64,000 nucleotides of DNA. Source: the human T2T-CHM13v2.0 reference genome, Homo sapiens. The position numbers were made by a program, and so were the translations under genes. The first letter of the stretch is position 1; every line of letters starts with the position of its first letter. Below are positions 24,470 through 37,210 of this stretch, piece after piece. The notes beneath the pieces were generated by a model, which worked only from the letters and a program-made list of their open reading frames with translations, ran no database searches and had not been told where the DNA came from. The stretch lies in the NCBI RefSeq assembly GCF_009914755.1, contig NC_060944.1. One strand, given 5' to 3'.

Positions 24470-24726
24470 GTCATTCCATGCATATGAAATGTCTAGAACA
24501 GACAAAGATAGGAAGAAGATTGGTGGTTGCCTAGGCAGGGTGGAGAGGAGGAAATTGAGGAGTGACAGCTAAAGGGTACAAAATTCCTTTTTGGGGTGAC
24601 AAAAATATTCCAAATTGATTGTGGTGATGATTATACAACTCTGTGATTATACTAAAAACCATTGAACTGCATACTTACATGGGTAAATTCCATGTTGTAT
24701 GAAGTATATCTCAATAAAGCTGTTAC
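24470..24726 (+). mobile_element. L1MB-type 3' end inserted in HAL1
   Basis: gattggtggttgcctagg...ttggggtgacaaaaatattc...actaaaaaccattgaactg...tatatctcaataaagctgtt. Confidence 0.85.
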
Positions 24727-25289
24727 ATATGTATATGCAAACGCACATATCTTCAGAGAGATAACAAAAGAGATTTCATGAAATAAATGTAAAATAATAT
24801 AAAAAAGAACATTCAGCACACATAAAAAGATGCCTTAGAAATTCTGAATGCAGCAGAGTTTAAATAAAAACTCAAAAGAAGGATCCAAATATAAATATAC
24901 TCTCCAGAAGACAGAGAAAAAAGACAAAGATGTGGAAATAGAAAAGGAATGATGAGAAAATTAGAGAATCAGTCAAAGATGACCAGCATCCAAATGATGG
25001 GAGTTCTAGAAGAGAGAGCAGAGACAATGGAAGGAGAAAGTCACCAAAATTACTCAAGACAACTTCCCAGAACTGAAGAATATAAATTTCCAATGAAAAG
25101 GTTTGATAGAGAGGATGAACATGTTCTGACACTAGGCATATTATAATGAAATGTTAGGAAAATGTGCAAACCCTGGATACAAAGGGAAGATCCTGCAAGC
25201 TTCTAGAGAAAAATACAAAACAAAAGAGATCGAATAAAGAGTCGAAAATCAGAAATGCTTCAGACTTCTCAACTAGAAGACAATGGCAC

Positions 25290-25790
25290 AGTAGGTATTG
25301 GTTATCTATTGCCACATAACAAATTAACCTGAAACTTAGCAGCTTAAAGTAATTTTTTTAAGAATGTATCTCATACAGTTTCTTTGGTTCTGGCTCAGAG
25401 TCTTCCTTAAGGTTATAATTGAAATGTCAGCCAGAGTTGCAGCCATCGAAGGCTTGACTGGGCCTGATGAATCCATTTCCAAGTTGCCTCACTCACACGG
25501 CCAGCAAGTTGATATTGGCTGTGGCTGGATACCTCAGTTTCTCACCATGTGAACCTCTCCAAAAGGCTGCCAAGTGTCCTCATGACATGGCAGCAGGCTT
25601 CTCTGAGAAACAGTAATCCTAGGAAAACAAGCCATAGTGTCAGAAGCCACAATGTCTTTTGTGGCCATTATTTCTACACTATTCCATTGATAACCCAGGT
25701 CATGCCTATTAAATGCAGGAGGGGACTCTATAGGGCATGAATATCAGAGAAGAGAAGTATTGGGGGCTATTTTGGAAGCTGGTTACCAAA
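25290..25790 (-). mobile_element. MLT1G/H-type LTR inserted in HAL1
   Basis: gttatctattgccacataacaaattaacctgaaacttagcagcttaaa...ggggctattttggaagctggttacca. Confidence 0.8.
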
Positions 25791-26899
25791 TAATGGCTTT
25801 GAAATTATGAAGAAAAATGAATTCTAAACAAAAAAAGAATCTACTGCAAGCCAAATATTCATCAAGTGTGAGAATAAGATAGGGATATTTCAGACATGAG
25901 AAGTCTTTAAATATTTTACCTCTCAGGTACCTCCTCTTAAGACACAATTACAGAAGGTGCTCCACCAAAATGAGTTTGTAAAACAAGAAAGAGGAAGATG
26001 AGATTCAGAAAATAAGAAATATAACTCAGGAGTGAAGGACAGAGAATTTCCGGTGGGATAGGGGAAGGAGGCCCCAGGTCAACAGCTGTGCGTTAGGCTT
26101 AGAAGGCAACCAGGCCAGATTGGAGCAAGCCACAGCCACTGGGAGGGACTTATTCAGAAGAAGAGATTGACAGAATATCTGATGTGTTTGAGTGCCTGGA
26201 TAGGTGAATTAGGCAACAAGCAAGAAGTTTGGGGTTAAACTAATGATTAACAATAGCAAAGCAAGCTTCAAAAACCAAACAGACAAATACTAGCTTCAAG
26301 GAAATTAAAAGTTGCATGGGAAAAGAAAAGTAATAATAGTTTACTACCTTGCTCAGCTGTGAAGAGTGTTTACACAGCAATAACAATATAAGTGTTAAGA
26401 ATTGGTCTTAGCAAATTACAATATAAAATTATGATACAACTATACTGGGAGGATGGGGTAAGTGAGAAGGATGTAGAAGTGTGGTAGGACAGGTAAAGGA
26501 AAGAAAGCTAAATCCTCATCTTCCATGGTGGGAAATCAAGATGTAATACCTAGACTTGAAGAAACAATAAGTACTATTGCAAACATGTTTTGTTGAAACA
26601 CAGAGGTAAATATCAAAATCTGCCAAAGGTGGGGAAGGTGGTTGCCTCTAGGGAAGGTGAAATGTGGGAGAAATTGCTGGAGGGGTTTGTAACAAATCCT
26701 GTGGAACTTCTGACCCTTTAAGTGCATATAAAACTTGAACAAAAAAAAGCAAAACTGAAGAGAAAACTGAAATTTCCTTCAGAAAATGATAATAAACTAT
26801 ATTAGAAAAAATTGACAAAAATAAAATTTGTTTGTAGGCATGTTCTCTCCTTATAACATCCTCCTCAATACTTCTTCATTTTCTCATTTTCTCCTCCAT

Positions 26900-27130
26900 C
26901 AACCAGGCTTTGGAGTAAGATAGACTGAGATTCATAGTATGTCTTAGCTGCTAACTAGCTGTGTATTCATGGTTTTGGACAATTCTACTCTCTTAGTTTT
27001 AGTTACTTTATATAGTAATATAAGGAGAGAGAAAGAGAGAGAGAGACTGCAAATGTCTACCTAGAAAGAATCAAATGAGGTAACATTTATGAAAGTGCCC
27101 AGCATACAATATGTTCTCAGTAAATACTAG
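26900..27130 (+). mobile_element. MIR SINE (contains (GA)n)
   Basis: caggctttggagtaagatagactgagattc...gaatcaaatgaggtaacatttatgaaagtgcccagcat. Confidence 0.7.
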
Positions 27131-27229
27131 CTTCCATTCTTTTTTTAATGTAGTTGAGAGAAATGATGATGATGATAATGGTAATGATGATGGGGTTGGA
27201 GATGGGGTGGGATGATAATGATACTAAGC

Positions 27230-27420
27230 TAAAATTTTTGCCATATTATCGCATTTAATCCTACAGAAACCCTGTGAAGCAGAGGCTATTATTACACCCA
27301 TTTTATAGATGAAGACACAGAGGCATAAGGAGGTTAAGTGAGCCATCCAAGGACATAAAGCCCGTCACAGAACTGAGATTGAACCCAAACAAACTTCAGA
27401 TTCAAGGATATAATCACTTT
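27230..27420 (-). mobile_element. MIR SINE
   Basis: catttaatcctacagaaaccctgtgaag...cccattttatagatgaagacacagaggc. Confidence 0.8.
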
Positions 27421-27611
27421 TAAATACTGCCAGCTTTGCTGTAGTACAATATCTTAGGTATATTTTGCTGTTGATGTTGGCACCTCCAGAAGACAAGTGG
27501 CCACGAGGGTAATAACTAAATGACTGGATGGACAATAAACTGGTGAAACAAGTAAACAGATCAGTAGAGATCGTGCTCCACTCTAGTTATGGTGCAGCCC
27601 AGCAGCCAACC

Positions 27612-28001
27612 CTCTATGGACTAAATTGTGTACCCCTTTCCCCCCAGAATTCGTATGTCGAATCCCTAACCCCCAAAGTGGCTATATTGGAGATAGGGCC
27701 TTTGGAAGGTAATTAAGGTTAAATGAGGTCATAAGAATAGAGCCCTGACCTGACAGGATTATTGTCCATATAAGAAGAGATACCAGAGAGCTGGTTCTGT
27801 CTCTCTCTGAGTGTGCACACCAAGAAAAGGCCAGGTGAGCACATGGCAAGAAGTCTGCAAGCCAGGAAGAGAGCCCTCACCAGAACCCAATGACTCCAAT
27901 CTCAGACTTCCAGACTCTAGGACTGTGAGAAAATAAATTTTTGTTGTTTAAACTACCCAGCCTATGGTATTCTGTTATGGCAGCCCAAGCTGACTAATAC
28001 A
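27612..28001 (+). mobile_element. MLT1A/B-type MaLR solo LTR
   Basis: ctatggactaaattgtgt...gtaattaaggttaaatgaggtc...aaataaatttttgttgtttaa...gctgactaataca. Confidence 0.9.
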
Positions 28002-28049
28002 CAGCCAACATTTTTATTGAGCTGATTCAAAGCAAATGGCCACCGAAGG

Positions 28050-28440
28050 GGCAATGTGGTACAATGGAAAGAATAACAAACTCCATGGGGAGATATTCAG
28101 GTTCCAATCCTGGTTTTGAGACTTACGAGTCGTGTGGTCTGATAAAAATCTCCTGGTGTGTCTGGACCATCATTGCCTCTACAAAAAAGGAAATCCTAGA
28201 GATTAAAGACACCTGGAGTCATCTACTTCCACATGTTAAATACGAGGAAGCAGCGATAACGTTAACATGCACTGAGAGTTCCTTCTGTGCACTTCACATA
28301 CAAATTCTCACTTAATGCTCACCAAGGTGGTATGAGATAGCCACTATCATAATCCCCATTTCATAGATGAGGAACTGAAGCCCCAAAAGAGATTAAATAA
28401 CTTGACTAGGGCCATATAATGAGTTAGTGGAAGGGAAGGA
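28050..28440. mobile_element. Cluster of MIR fragments (both strands)
   Basis: caggttccaatcctgg...; atccccatttcatagatgaggaactgaag. Confidence 0.65.
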
Positions 28441-28529
28441 ATTAATTAAAATCACAATATAAGGGTGCCAAAGTAAGAAATTAAGACTGCAATACTACAG
28501 GTCATATGTAGGTGCTCTCAATGACAGTT

Positions 28530-28793
28530 CCATGAGAGCCCAGCCATCAGCCATCCCAGCCCAGGAACTGGACCGCAGAGTGCAGAAGCCATCTTGGGAG
28601 TACTAATAGATTCCCCAGCCCCTGCCATTCTAGTTATCCCAGCTGAGGCCCCAGAGAGCACAGAGTAGAGAAAAGCCATCCTTGCTATGCCCGTTCCTAA
28701 TGCCTAACCCACAAAATCTGTGTGCAGAATAAAATGGTTGTTGTTTTACACCAGTAAGTATTTGGGTAGGACACAGCAATAGCAGCCAGAACA
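28530..28793 (+). mobile_element. MLT1H/I-type LTR, 3' part
   Basis: agaagccatcttgg...cccagctgaggcccc...aataaaatggttgttgttttacacca...cagcaatagcagccagaaca. Confidence 0.75.
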
Positions 28794-29489
28794 GCATCCC
28801 AGGAAAAGGGGTCAGCCCAGACCAAAAGGAAGTGTGCCAGATCCTCCCAGGTCTACCTAGCTATAGGGATCTCATCAGTCTGCCATTTGAAGTCACTTTG
28901 TAAACTGCAACATCACGGCCACAGAAATGCGACAGGCTGTGGCATCCTGGGCTATACTTCTTTCCTCATCAGAGGGAAGCAAGCTGCCTCAAGGGAAGCC
29001 AGTACTCTCCTGGAAACCAGCTCAAAGAACTGAATTTAGGCTCCCTTTGATGTAGACAACCCTAGAGCATCTCTCAAGGGGTGGCCCAGGTGAGGGCAGC
29101 AGGCATCCCAAAATCAAGCTATGGGGAGAAGCGAGGGAGGCACAGCAGCTCATCTTGACATGCCATCCCTGGTTCCTAGGTCTAGGATAACCCTCACATG
29201 GTTCCTCCCCACTCCTGCCCCCCATCCCAGCCTGTCCCTGAATCATTAGTGCTGATTTTGTCGCCTCATGCCTCCACCTGACTCCCCTCACTCTGCTGAG
29301 GAATTGATGTTCTAGAGGTGCCCTTATGATTTGCACCCAGTCATCCCCATGCCCATTTCTCTCAAGACACCACTCCAAACCTCCACCTCTCTGAAGTCCT
29401 TCCTTACAGCCCTCCTCACCCTTGCTCTGGGGAAACAATCACTTTGCATTTTGCACTCCACTGTACTCTGTCCATCATAGCACCTCGTT

Positions 29490-30310
29490 AATGCAATTCA
29501 ACAAACATATATTAAGCATCAACTATATGGCAGGCACAGTGCTGGGCACTGGGAGCATAGAAATGAGTCAGACAGTCATGATCCCTGTCCCTGTAGGGAG
29601 TCTCACAATAAACACATTATTACACACAGTAATGTGGGCACTTGGACGCAGGTAGGTCCTCCATGCAGTCAGCCTAACGCAACCTAATGCAGCCCAACAC
29701 AGATCTGCAAGGGCCTGGGTCCTCCATTGCCCTGGCGAAGGGACTTCTGCAATCTACACATGGGGAGTCAACCAAGCAAAGGCATTGGAAGATAGATGAT
29801 AGGGAGCATAGAATGTGATCCTGGTAGAAGGGACATCTTGTTCAAAGACCTGAAGGTTTAAAAAAAAATGTGTTTGGTTATAAAAAAATTAAATGAAGAA
29901 GAAAATTGGTCCCAAAGGGTGCAATTGAGAGTGGTAAGAGATGGGGCCACAGGAGTCAGTAGGGTCTTACAGACCTTGGAAAGGATGTTTGCCTTTATCT
30001 AAAGGAAAGTAAAAGCCCCCAGAGAATTTTAAGCACAGGAGTGACTTGGTCAGATGTACACTATAGAAAGACCATGCGAGGTGCTGTGTGGAGAAAGAAT
30101 TGTAGGGCCAAGAAAGGCAGCAAGGAGATCTGCCGATTGGTTTTTGAGTTCTTCCTGGGGAGAGTAGGTGGGGGTGGAGCAGGGCTGCTGGAGGAAATGG
30201 AGCAACATGGGCAAAGTCAAGAGGTAGAAGGCTTGGGAGACAAATTATCTAGGCTTTAGAGATGGAAGAGATGATGGAAGTGAGGTCTAGAGGAGGTGAA
30301 GTCAAGGAAG
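29490..30310 (-). mobile_element. L2 LINE
   Basis: attcaacaaacatatattaagcatcaactatatggcaggcacagtgctgggcactggg...gaattttaagcacaggagtgacttggtcagat. Confidence 0.7.
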
Positions 30311-30619
30311 ATGAAAAACAGTGATGGAAGTTTCCAGATTGGCCCTATGGGAGCATGGGGATTATGTTCCAGAAACTCCCTTCAATTAACTTATAGGCAT
30401 TATCTCTTCACCAGCCTGGGATATTCCCATGGGCAGGGCCTGGCCTAGAGAGACAGCAAAGGGACAAAGGGATGAGGAAGAAAAGAATGCACCCACGGTG
30501 AGGTCCCTGCCTTTGAACACCCCTTCTTCCCTCTCAGCCTTCCCACCATCCATCCGTGGCCTATTCCTTCAAGGACAGCCTCTGTCGCAGCTGCCAGCGG
30601 CTCCCATCCACCAGCTGCA

Positions 30620-31160
30620 GCCCCACTGCTGAAAATTAAGCTGTAGTGTTTACAGGACTTAATTAGCAAAATCACTCATCATCCCGGGAGCTCACTGACT
30701 ACCCAGACATGACACCATTTGAAATAAATTAGCCCAGTGCCCATTGAGGTCACCCTCATTCCAGTCTGGGGTCCTAGCTTGCCCAAGACCCCCTGACCCA
30801 CCTCTGGGGCCTCCCCTGCACCTCCAGATCCCAGGAGCCCTTGCAATTAATAGCTAATTAACAAACAAAACAAACCTACCAGGTGGAACAGCAGAAAGAC
30901 ATTCTCAGCCCACAAAAGCAAGTAATTATTCGGTGTGGGCAGGTCTGGAAAAAAATCACTTATGAGATAAATCAATGGCTCTCCCCCATCTTGAGAGCCT
31001 GTTAGGATGAAGGAAGGCTCCTCAAGATCAGAAAATTGATTTAAAGGAAAAATTAAGCTTGGTCCATTTCCCCTACAGCTAATCACAAACGAAGACATTC
31101 CTAAATATTCATTTTTCCAGGCTTGCTGTAGTCGCATTGGAGATGGAGGTAAATTGTTCA
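30620..31160. promoter_or_regulatory. Putative conserved enhancer (PBX-HOX / homeodomain)
   Basis: ATAAATCAAT at 30967-30976 (TGATTTAT on the - strand), cttaattag, caattaatagctaattaa, gtaattatt, ctaatca, tgtttac. Confidence 0.55.
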
Positions 31161-31164
31161 CTTA

Positions 31165-31700
31165 AAAAATATTTATTGTGCACCCACCACAAATCAAGGG
31201 ATAGAGAACTGGGCAAGACAGTCATGACTCCTGCTTTCTTGGGTCTTTATATTCTAGGGGTTTGAAGACAGACAATACACAAGAAAACAAACAAGATATT
31301 TCAGATCATGATTAGGGCTATGAAGACAACAAACAGGGTAATGTGAGGAGGAGGAGTGGGCTAAGGGCTGCTTTACAGGTAGCATGATCAGGGAAGGTTC
31401 TCTGAAGAGATGACATTTAAACTGAGCCAGTCATGCTAAGAACTGGGGAAAGAATGTGCATGGCAGGGGGAATGGCTGGTGCAAAGACCCTAAGGTGGAA
31501 AGATGCCAACAGTCCAAGGAACAGAGACCAGTGTAACTGGAGCATAGACAATGAAGAGGAAAGTAGGAAGTAGGAAACTTGGAGAGCAGACAGAAATGGG
31601 ATCTGGTTGGCCTTATAGGCCACCAGAAATATTATGTTTTTATTCTAAGTGAACTGGGAAACTGTTGGAGGGGGTTAATCAAGAGTGACAGGATACAAAT
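31165..31700 (-). mobile_element. L2 LINE
   Basis: aaatatttattgtgcacc...tcagggaaggttctctgaagagatgacatttaaactgag...ttttattctaagtgaactgggaa. Confidence 0.8.
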
Positions 31701-31849
31701 GTAAGTGGAGGGGCAGTGGGTGCTCAGGGCCTTTCGCATCCCTCCAAGTGAACCCCTGCCCCACCCTGGAAGTCCTTGCATGCCTCAGGTACCAGCCTTT
31801 GGGAATGATGGCAGAGCACTCATTTCCAAAATGCATCACTCTTACTTAG

Positions 31850-32125
31850 CTACTCAAACTTTACAGATTCAACAGATGGAGAAACTGAGACACAATCACT
31901 AAGTGAGTACCCATCCAGTATGAGCCAGGATTTTACACACATAATCTTGCAGAAACCTCACAACAGCCCAGTGAGGCGGTAGTAGTATCCCAATTTAACA
32001 CATGAGGCAACTGAGGAACAGGGAAGTTAAGTGATTTGCCTAAGATCCCACAGTTGGCAAGTACCAGAGTGGGGATTCAAACATGGGCAGTCTGAACCCA
32101 GAGTCAAGCTCTTGCCACTACACCT
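31850..32125 (-). mobile_element. MIR SINE(s)
   Basis: cctcacaacagcccagtgagg...aactgaggaacagggaagttaagtgatttgcctaagatcccacag. Confidence 0.8.
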
Positions 32126-33339
32126 TACAGTATCCACAGTGTAAGTTTTTTCCCTGAGATTTCACAGCCCACTCAGGCCTGGAACTCAACTCTCCTATGG
32201 TCACTTGCACACACCTGTTTGAGATGAGGTTCCCGAGTGTCAGGCAGTCCCCGCTGAAGGATATCAGGTGGCTGTCATAGAGCTAAATAAGCAACATATA
32301 CAAAGTCCCTAACACACAGTGCCCAGTGTGATGTCTAGCACTTAGCAGGAACTCAATAGATTTTTTTTTTAAGAAAATGAACACTTCTATTTATGTTAAG
32401 GTGAAATTCCATTGGCTTTGAAGTGAGGTGTGCAGGGGATGGTAAGGAAGAAGGAAGCCATTCCCCTCTGGGGATCGGCAGAACACACCTACTTTACAAA
32501 ACAGACCTTATTTTAATAAAATTTTTAAAGAAATTATTTGACTTATTTTTAAACAAATATGTTAATTTTATCTGAAAGTGGGTCAGATGAAAAATAATTA
32601 AAAACAAAACAAAAAAAACTTTAAACAGGGGTTCTTGTACTATCTTAGAACTCCAGTGGGTCAAGCACCATGGTGCAGTCAAGTAGCTGCCTTCTGGAGC
32701 CTACCCCAGGGCATCTGGAGCAGGGCCCTGAACAGAGAGCTGGTATCTGTTCCATTCCCATCTAAAAGCTGTTGCTGGCCCATAAGCTTTGAGAGGTGGA
32801 GACCATCCATTAGGGAGGAGAGAGAGTGGCTTTCCCACTAAGCTGAAAGTGTCCTGGCTGAAATCCCAATGGCTTGGTGAGACTCATGCCACCAAAGTGG
32901 TCCTCTATGGCCCAAAGTCAGAGTGAAAGAAGAGAGCCCAGACTTCCAGGGCTTACATCTGAGACCAGAGCAAAGTCCAGGCATAAGATGGGGCCCATGT
33001 GCCTGGACCACTGATTTGCAGAAAAGCAGGAATCTTCCCTGCAACCTGGTAAGATGAAGAAGTCTGTTTCGTCCCCTTTGAAAAGCTCTTAATCATGATA
33101 GGTTCTCAGTTAAATTGGCACATCCCCCACCCTTCCTCTTCCCTTCTTACCTCCTCCTCCTTCTCTTCACCCCATCTCTGGGCTCCACTCCCTTCCAGAC
33201 CTTCCCATCCTGCCCCTCCCTCAATGTCTCCTTAAAAGGCCTTTCAGGGACTGAACCAGCAGTGCCTGAGTCAGTGGCAGACGGCACAAGAGGCCACCAG
33301 CCCGACTCCTCTACCTCGAGGACACTCGGGAACTGTCCC

Positions 33340-33720
33340 CTTATGCAAAACAGCAGGCGCCTGAATTCATAATTGGACGTTCCAAAATGTAATTATGAAA
33401 GATGAAATGCTCCTCTCAATGAGAAAGCTGTAAATAGAATAATTAATTTTGTGTTTGCTTGAACAATTCTGTATTATGGATCTTATAGTGGAACTGAAAT
33501 TAATTAAGTGCACCAGGATTTATGGAGGAGGTGAAGAGAGAGGGAAAAAAGGAATTAATCCGGAGTAAAAGATAGATGAGTTTGGAAGTGTAATGATGTG
33601 TTAGCCTGGGGTATTCTTTAACAAATTTACCAGGCACGTTCTGGGTACAAAAGGCATGCATTGACAGAATTATCTCAACTAATACAGCAGCTGGTCAAAA
33701 ATTGAGTAAGAGGGAGGTGG
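33340..33720. promoter_or_regulatory. Putative conserved enhancer (TAAT-dense)
   Basis: cataattgg, gtaattatg, aataattaattt, aaattaattaag, ggatttatgg, gaattaatcc, TGACAG. Confidence 0.55.
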
Positions 33721-34029
33721 ACGGATTGGGCCTGTGAGGTCCCTGAAGGAGCTGGAGATGGGGGCTAATTTTGAGCTGGCCAGGAGGGGGTGCCACCAGG
33801 AGGAGAAAGGGGCCCAACCAAGCAGAAGCTTCTATCCCCACCGCAAAGCAGGAAACAGCTGAAAGGTACTAGGAGTTGCAGAGAGGTAAACCGGGAGGGC
33901 CAGAATGTGAGGACTAACTGAGGGAGAAGCTCCTCAGCACTCCTGAGCCCCCCGACCAGGTATGTTCATTCCTAGCCCAGCAATACTTTCAGCCCCATGC
34001 ACTCATCCAGTATTTTTCCACTACTCTTA

Positions 34030-34380
34030 AACCTAGATGGGAAGTGATATCACATGACTTCCAGGGCCAGGTTGTGAAAGGCAATGCTTCTACCTGTGCC
34101 ATTACAACCCAACCACCATGCTGTGAGGAAGCCCAACTAGCTCACACAGAGAGACCCTATGAAGGAGAACTGACAGCCAGCACCTTCTGCCATACCTGTG
34201 AGTGATTCCAGCCCATCTTCCAGTCTTCCAACAGACATCATGGAGCAGAGGCAACCTATCCCCACTGTGCCCCATCCAAGTTCCTGATTCACAAAACTTT
34301 GACAGATTATAAATGAGTGTTGTGTTTTAGGCCCCTACACTTTGGGATGATTTGTTATGTAGCAATATATAACCAGAACA
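34030..34380 (+). mobile_element. MLT1G/H-type LTR
   Basis: caccatgctgtgaggaagccca...gacatcatggagcagag...tttgttatgtagcaatatataaccagaaca. Confidence 0.8.
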
Positions 34381-34519
34381 GGGTCCCCACTTAACCAGAG
34401 TGGTGCCCTCTTTCATCTGCCCTTTATGTCAGAATCCCACATCAGATTTCTTTTTTTGGAGGAAGGAGGGGTTTGTGGCTTAAAAGGTTTGAAAACACAC
34501 TATCCTCGTGGGGAAAAAG

Positions 34520-34930
34520 TAATAATACAGGTTGGGAGTCATATAGAACTGTGTTGAATCCCAGCTCTGAGCTTCCTGGCCCTGTGACCTTGCACTGCTC
34601 CCACCACCTCTCTGAACTTCCTTCTCTTCACAGATAAAATAGAGGCAATAACACTGATTGACGGAGTTGTTGGGAGGATTTTAGGTACACTGCGAAGGTG
34701 ATTACTTAGCCTGTGAAGCCAGCAAACTGTGCCCAGATAAGAGTGAGGCTCCAGAGTCTGATGAACCTGGGTTCAAATTACAGCTCTGTGTTTTCTTGCT
34801 GTGTTATCATACACAACTCACTTCTTTGGACCTCAGTCTTGCCATCTGCGCAATGGCAATAATAATTGCACCCAGTTCCTAGCATAGTAAAGGCAAAGAA
34901 GTGCACATAGTGAGTGCTCAATAAACAAGA
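34520..34930 (+). mobile_element. Two MIR SINEs in tandem
   Basis: gaatcccagctctg...tgtgaccttg; aggctccagagtctgatgaacctgggttcaaattacagctctg. Confidence 0.7.
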
Positions 34931-35829
34931 GTTTGATTGATGCTCACTTCCTCTCCAGGAGCCCAAACTCATTAAACTCCCACAGGCATCAAAGCAACTA
35001 CCAGTGGTTTTCAAACGTCTTTCTCTGAACAGCCAGACGTGTGTGCTTAGTGGTGCTCTCATGAAGCCTGCACATTCCGACCCTGTGTCAGAGGCAGATG
35101 CATGGGACAGCAGCGTGGAAGTTCTGGGTAGCAAATACCTGTTTCTACTCTGACATCTGTCCTCTGCAAGCAGTAAAATGGCAAACAGGAACTTCAGTGT
35201 GTCTACTCCAAGTGTGCTCCGGTGCTGTTTGTCAGATCACAGCCTCCCAAGCTGCGTGATCCCATACCCAAGCCAACCAGGCAGAGGGAGACCCTGAGCT
35301 GAGTTTGCATCTGGATTGCACCAAGGCTCCAAACCACGAGGCAGTTCCTGACATACCAGCACCCTGGCCCCCAGGTGCTGAGCATCCCTGATGCAGACTC
35401 CCACCCCCCAGGGTGGTATTAAGCAGGCATTTAGATACCTGGCATGGAGAAGGGTGATGGATGGCTTTATTAACCCACCGAGGTGAAGCCGCCGACAGTG
35501 AAGGACTCCCCTGTCAGAGGAAGCATTCCTTGCCTGCAGGCCCCCTCACCAGCTTGCCTGATAGTCTGAGTCCTTGACAGATGGGCAGCTCCTACGAGAA
35601 TGGGAGGGCAGTGTGGGGATGGGACAGTAGCCCTCCAAATGCCATGCCTCCTTCCAGACCCTACCCCATAAGACTGACTACCACAAAGCCACCTAGCCCT
35701 AAAGGTCATGCCTCCAATCCTCATTGTCTGGATTGTGTAGTTCAGAAGGCAGCATTCACCTTGTATTCCATATAAAAGATGTTCCCTGGGGCTGCACAGT
35801 GCAGCAGCCCTACTGGCATTTCTAGATGA

Positions 35830-36000
35830 CATCCACCACCGGCCTCTGTGCTGTGCTATGTATTCCACATGCACTATTCCATCATCCTCTCCCCAAAATC
35901 TTGGAAAAAGGTAAATAATATCATGAATACCCATTTTGTAGAGGAGGAAACTCAGGCTCAGAGAGGTGGAGGATTGACTGGCCCAACCTCACAGAGCAGG
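35830..36000 (-). mobile_element. MIR SINE
   Basis: cccattttgtagaggaggaaactcaggctcagagagg. Confidence 0.75.
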
Positions 36001-36369
36001 AGTTGAGGGTCCCCTCAACTCCTCAAGCCCCTTCCCTGTCTTAGATGCCATGCAGAAAGGACCCTGCCTAGGGTGGCTTCCATGGCTCCTTTATCCTCCT
36101 CTACACTCTGGTCCTCCCATCATCCCCTTCTCACTTTTGTACTGTCATGGACTGAACTAGGAAACTCTCTTCCATCAGTTATCTGAGGCTGAGACCAAGA
36201 ACGAGAGAGGAAGGTTCTGCCCACTCCCACTTCTCTAAAGTTCCCGGAGAGCCCCTCCAGCCTCCACAACCCCTTCCATCCCTCCATCGCCCTAGACTGA
36301 ATCTCCTCTGGGCTCCCTCAGGGCCTGAGAGAACTCACACCTCCCCTCCCCGGCCTGCACCGCTCTCAC

Positions 36370-37210
36370 CATTGCTGTTGCCTGGGTCTTTTTCATATTT
36401 GTGTGGACTCCTGCAGCAGCTCCAAGTCCCCACCCTAAACTCCACATACACGATGGGAGTGGTCCTTCTGTAAAATCCAAACTCCACTCTGCCCACACCT
36501 CAGATGCCACAGGGGCTCTCCCAGCCCTCAACATAAAGCCCAAACCCCTCAGGTGTGCCCCAGCTCCTGCCCTAACAACCCCCTGCATTCCAGCCATGCA
36601 GACCCTTGGGTGGTTCATTGCACAAACCTGGGCCACTCAGAGCCTTCCTTCCATGGGGAAGACCCTCTTTCCTCATCATCTGGCACCTCTGCTCACCCTT
36701 CTCCCCACTGGCTCCTGGCCCCCACCCCTGCTCCCTATGTAAGACCCACAGGGCACTCTGAACTTAGGTTCATCACACTCCTCAATGTGTGAGGTCACTT
36801 ACCCATGTCACCTACTTCCCCATTTTTCTGTGAGTCCTACCCACCCAGGCTTATCTCATAGTAGATGCTCAATTAGCTAGAGTCCTTATGAATTAGAGCT
36901 ATAATTATTGTTTCAAATAAAGCTTCTGCTGCAGCAGGGTTTGCTCTGGAGCAAGCTCGGCTGGCCTCTACCCTCCCCTCCACATCATCTCAACCTAAAG
37001 CCTTTCCCTCCATGTTCCAGCCATGCTGGCCTGTTTTTAGTTTCTTGGTTCTATCCAGTTCATTCCCACCTCAGAGCTCAGAGAGCACATGCTCTCAGCC
37101 TGGAATGTTCTCCATCTCTCTTTACTTAGCTGATTCCTACTTACCCTGCATAGCTCAATTGAAATGTCACATCCTCAGAAATGCCTCCCACCACCACCCT
37201 TTTTAAATCA
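36370..37210 (+). mobile_element. L2 fragments
   Basis: tgcctgggtc...ggactcctgcagcagc; tgttccagccatgctggcc...gcctggaatgttct...gctcaattgaaatgtcacatcctcaga. Confidence 0.6.

Larger units (their letters stand above)
23950..26770 (+). mobile_element. HAL1 (Half-L1) / ancient L1 ORF1 element, interrupted
   Basis: A-rich ORF1-like decay (ggagttctagaagagagag, ctagagaaaa, ccaaatattcatcaagtgtgag), then the HAL1-like ccccaggtcaacagctgtg...caaccaggccagattggagca and an A-rich end. Confidence 0.7.

Noticed and set aside
24949-25146. ORF resembling L1 ORF1p
   Set aside because: A short decayed remnant of the HAL1/L1 element, not an intact gene
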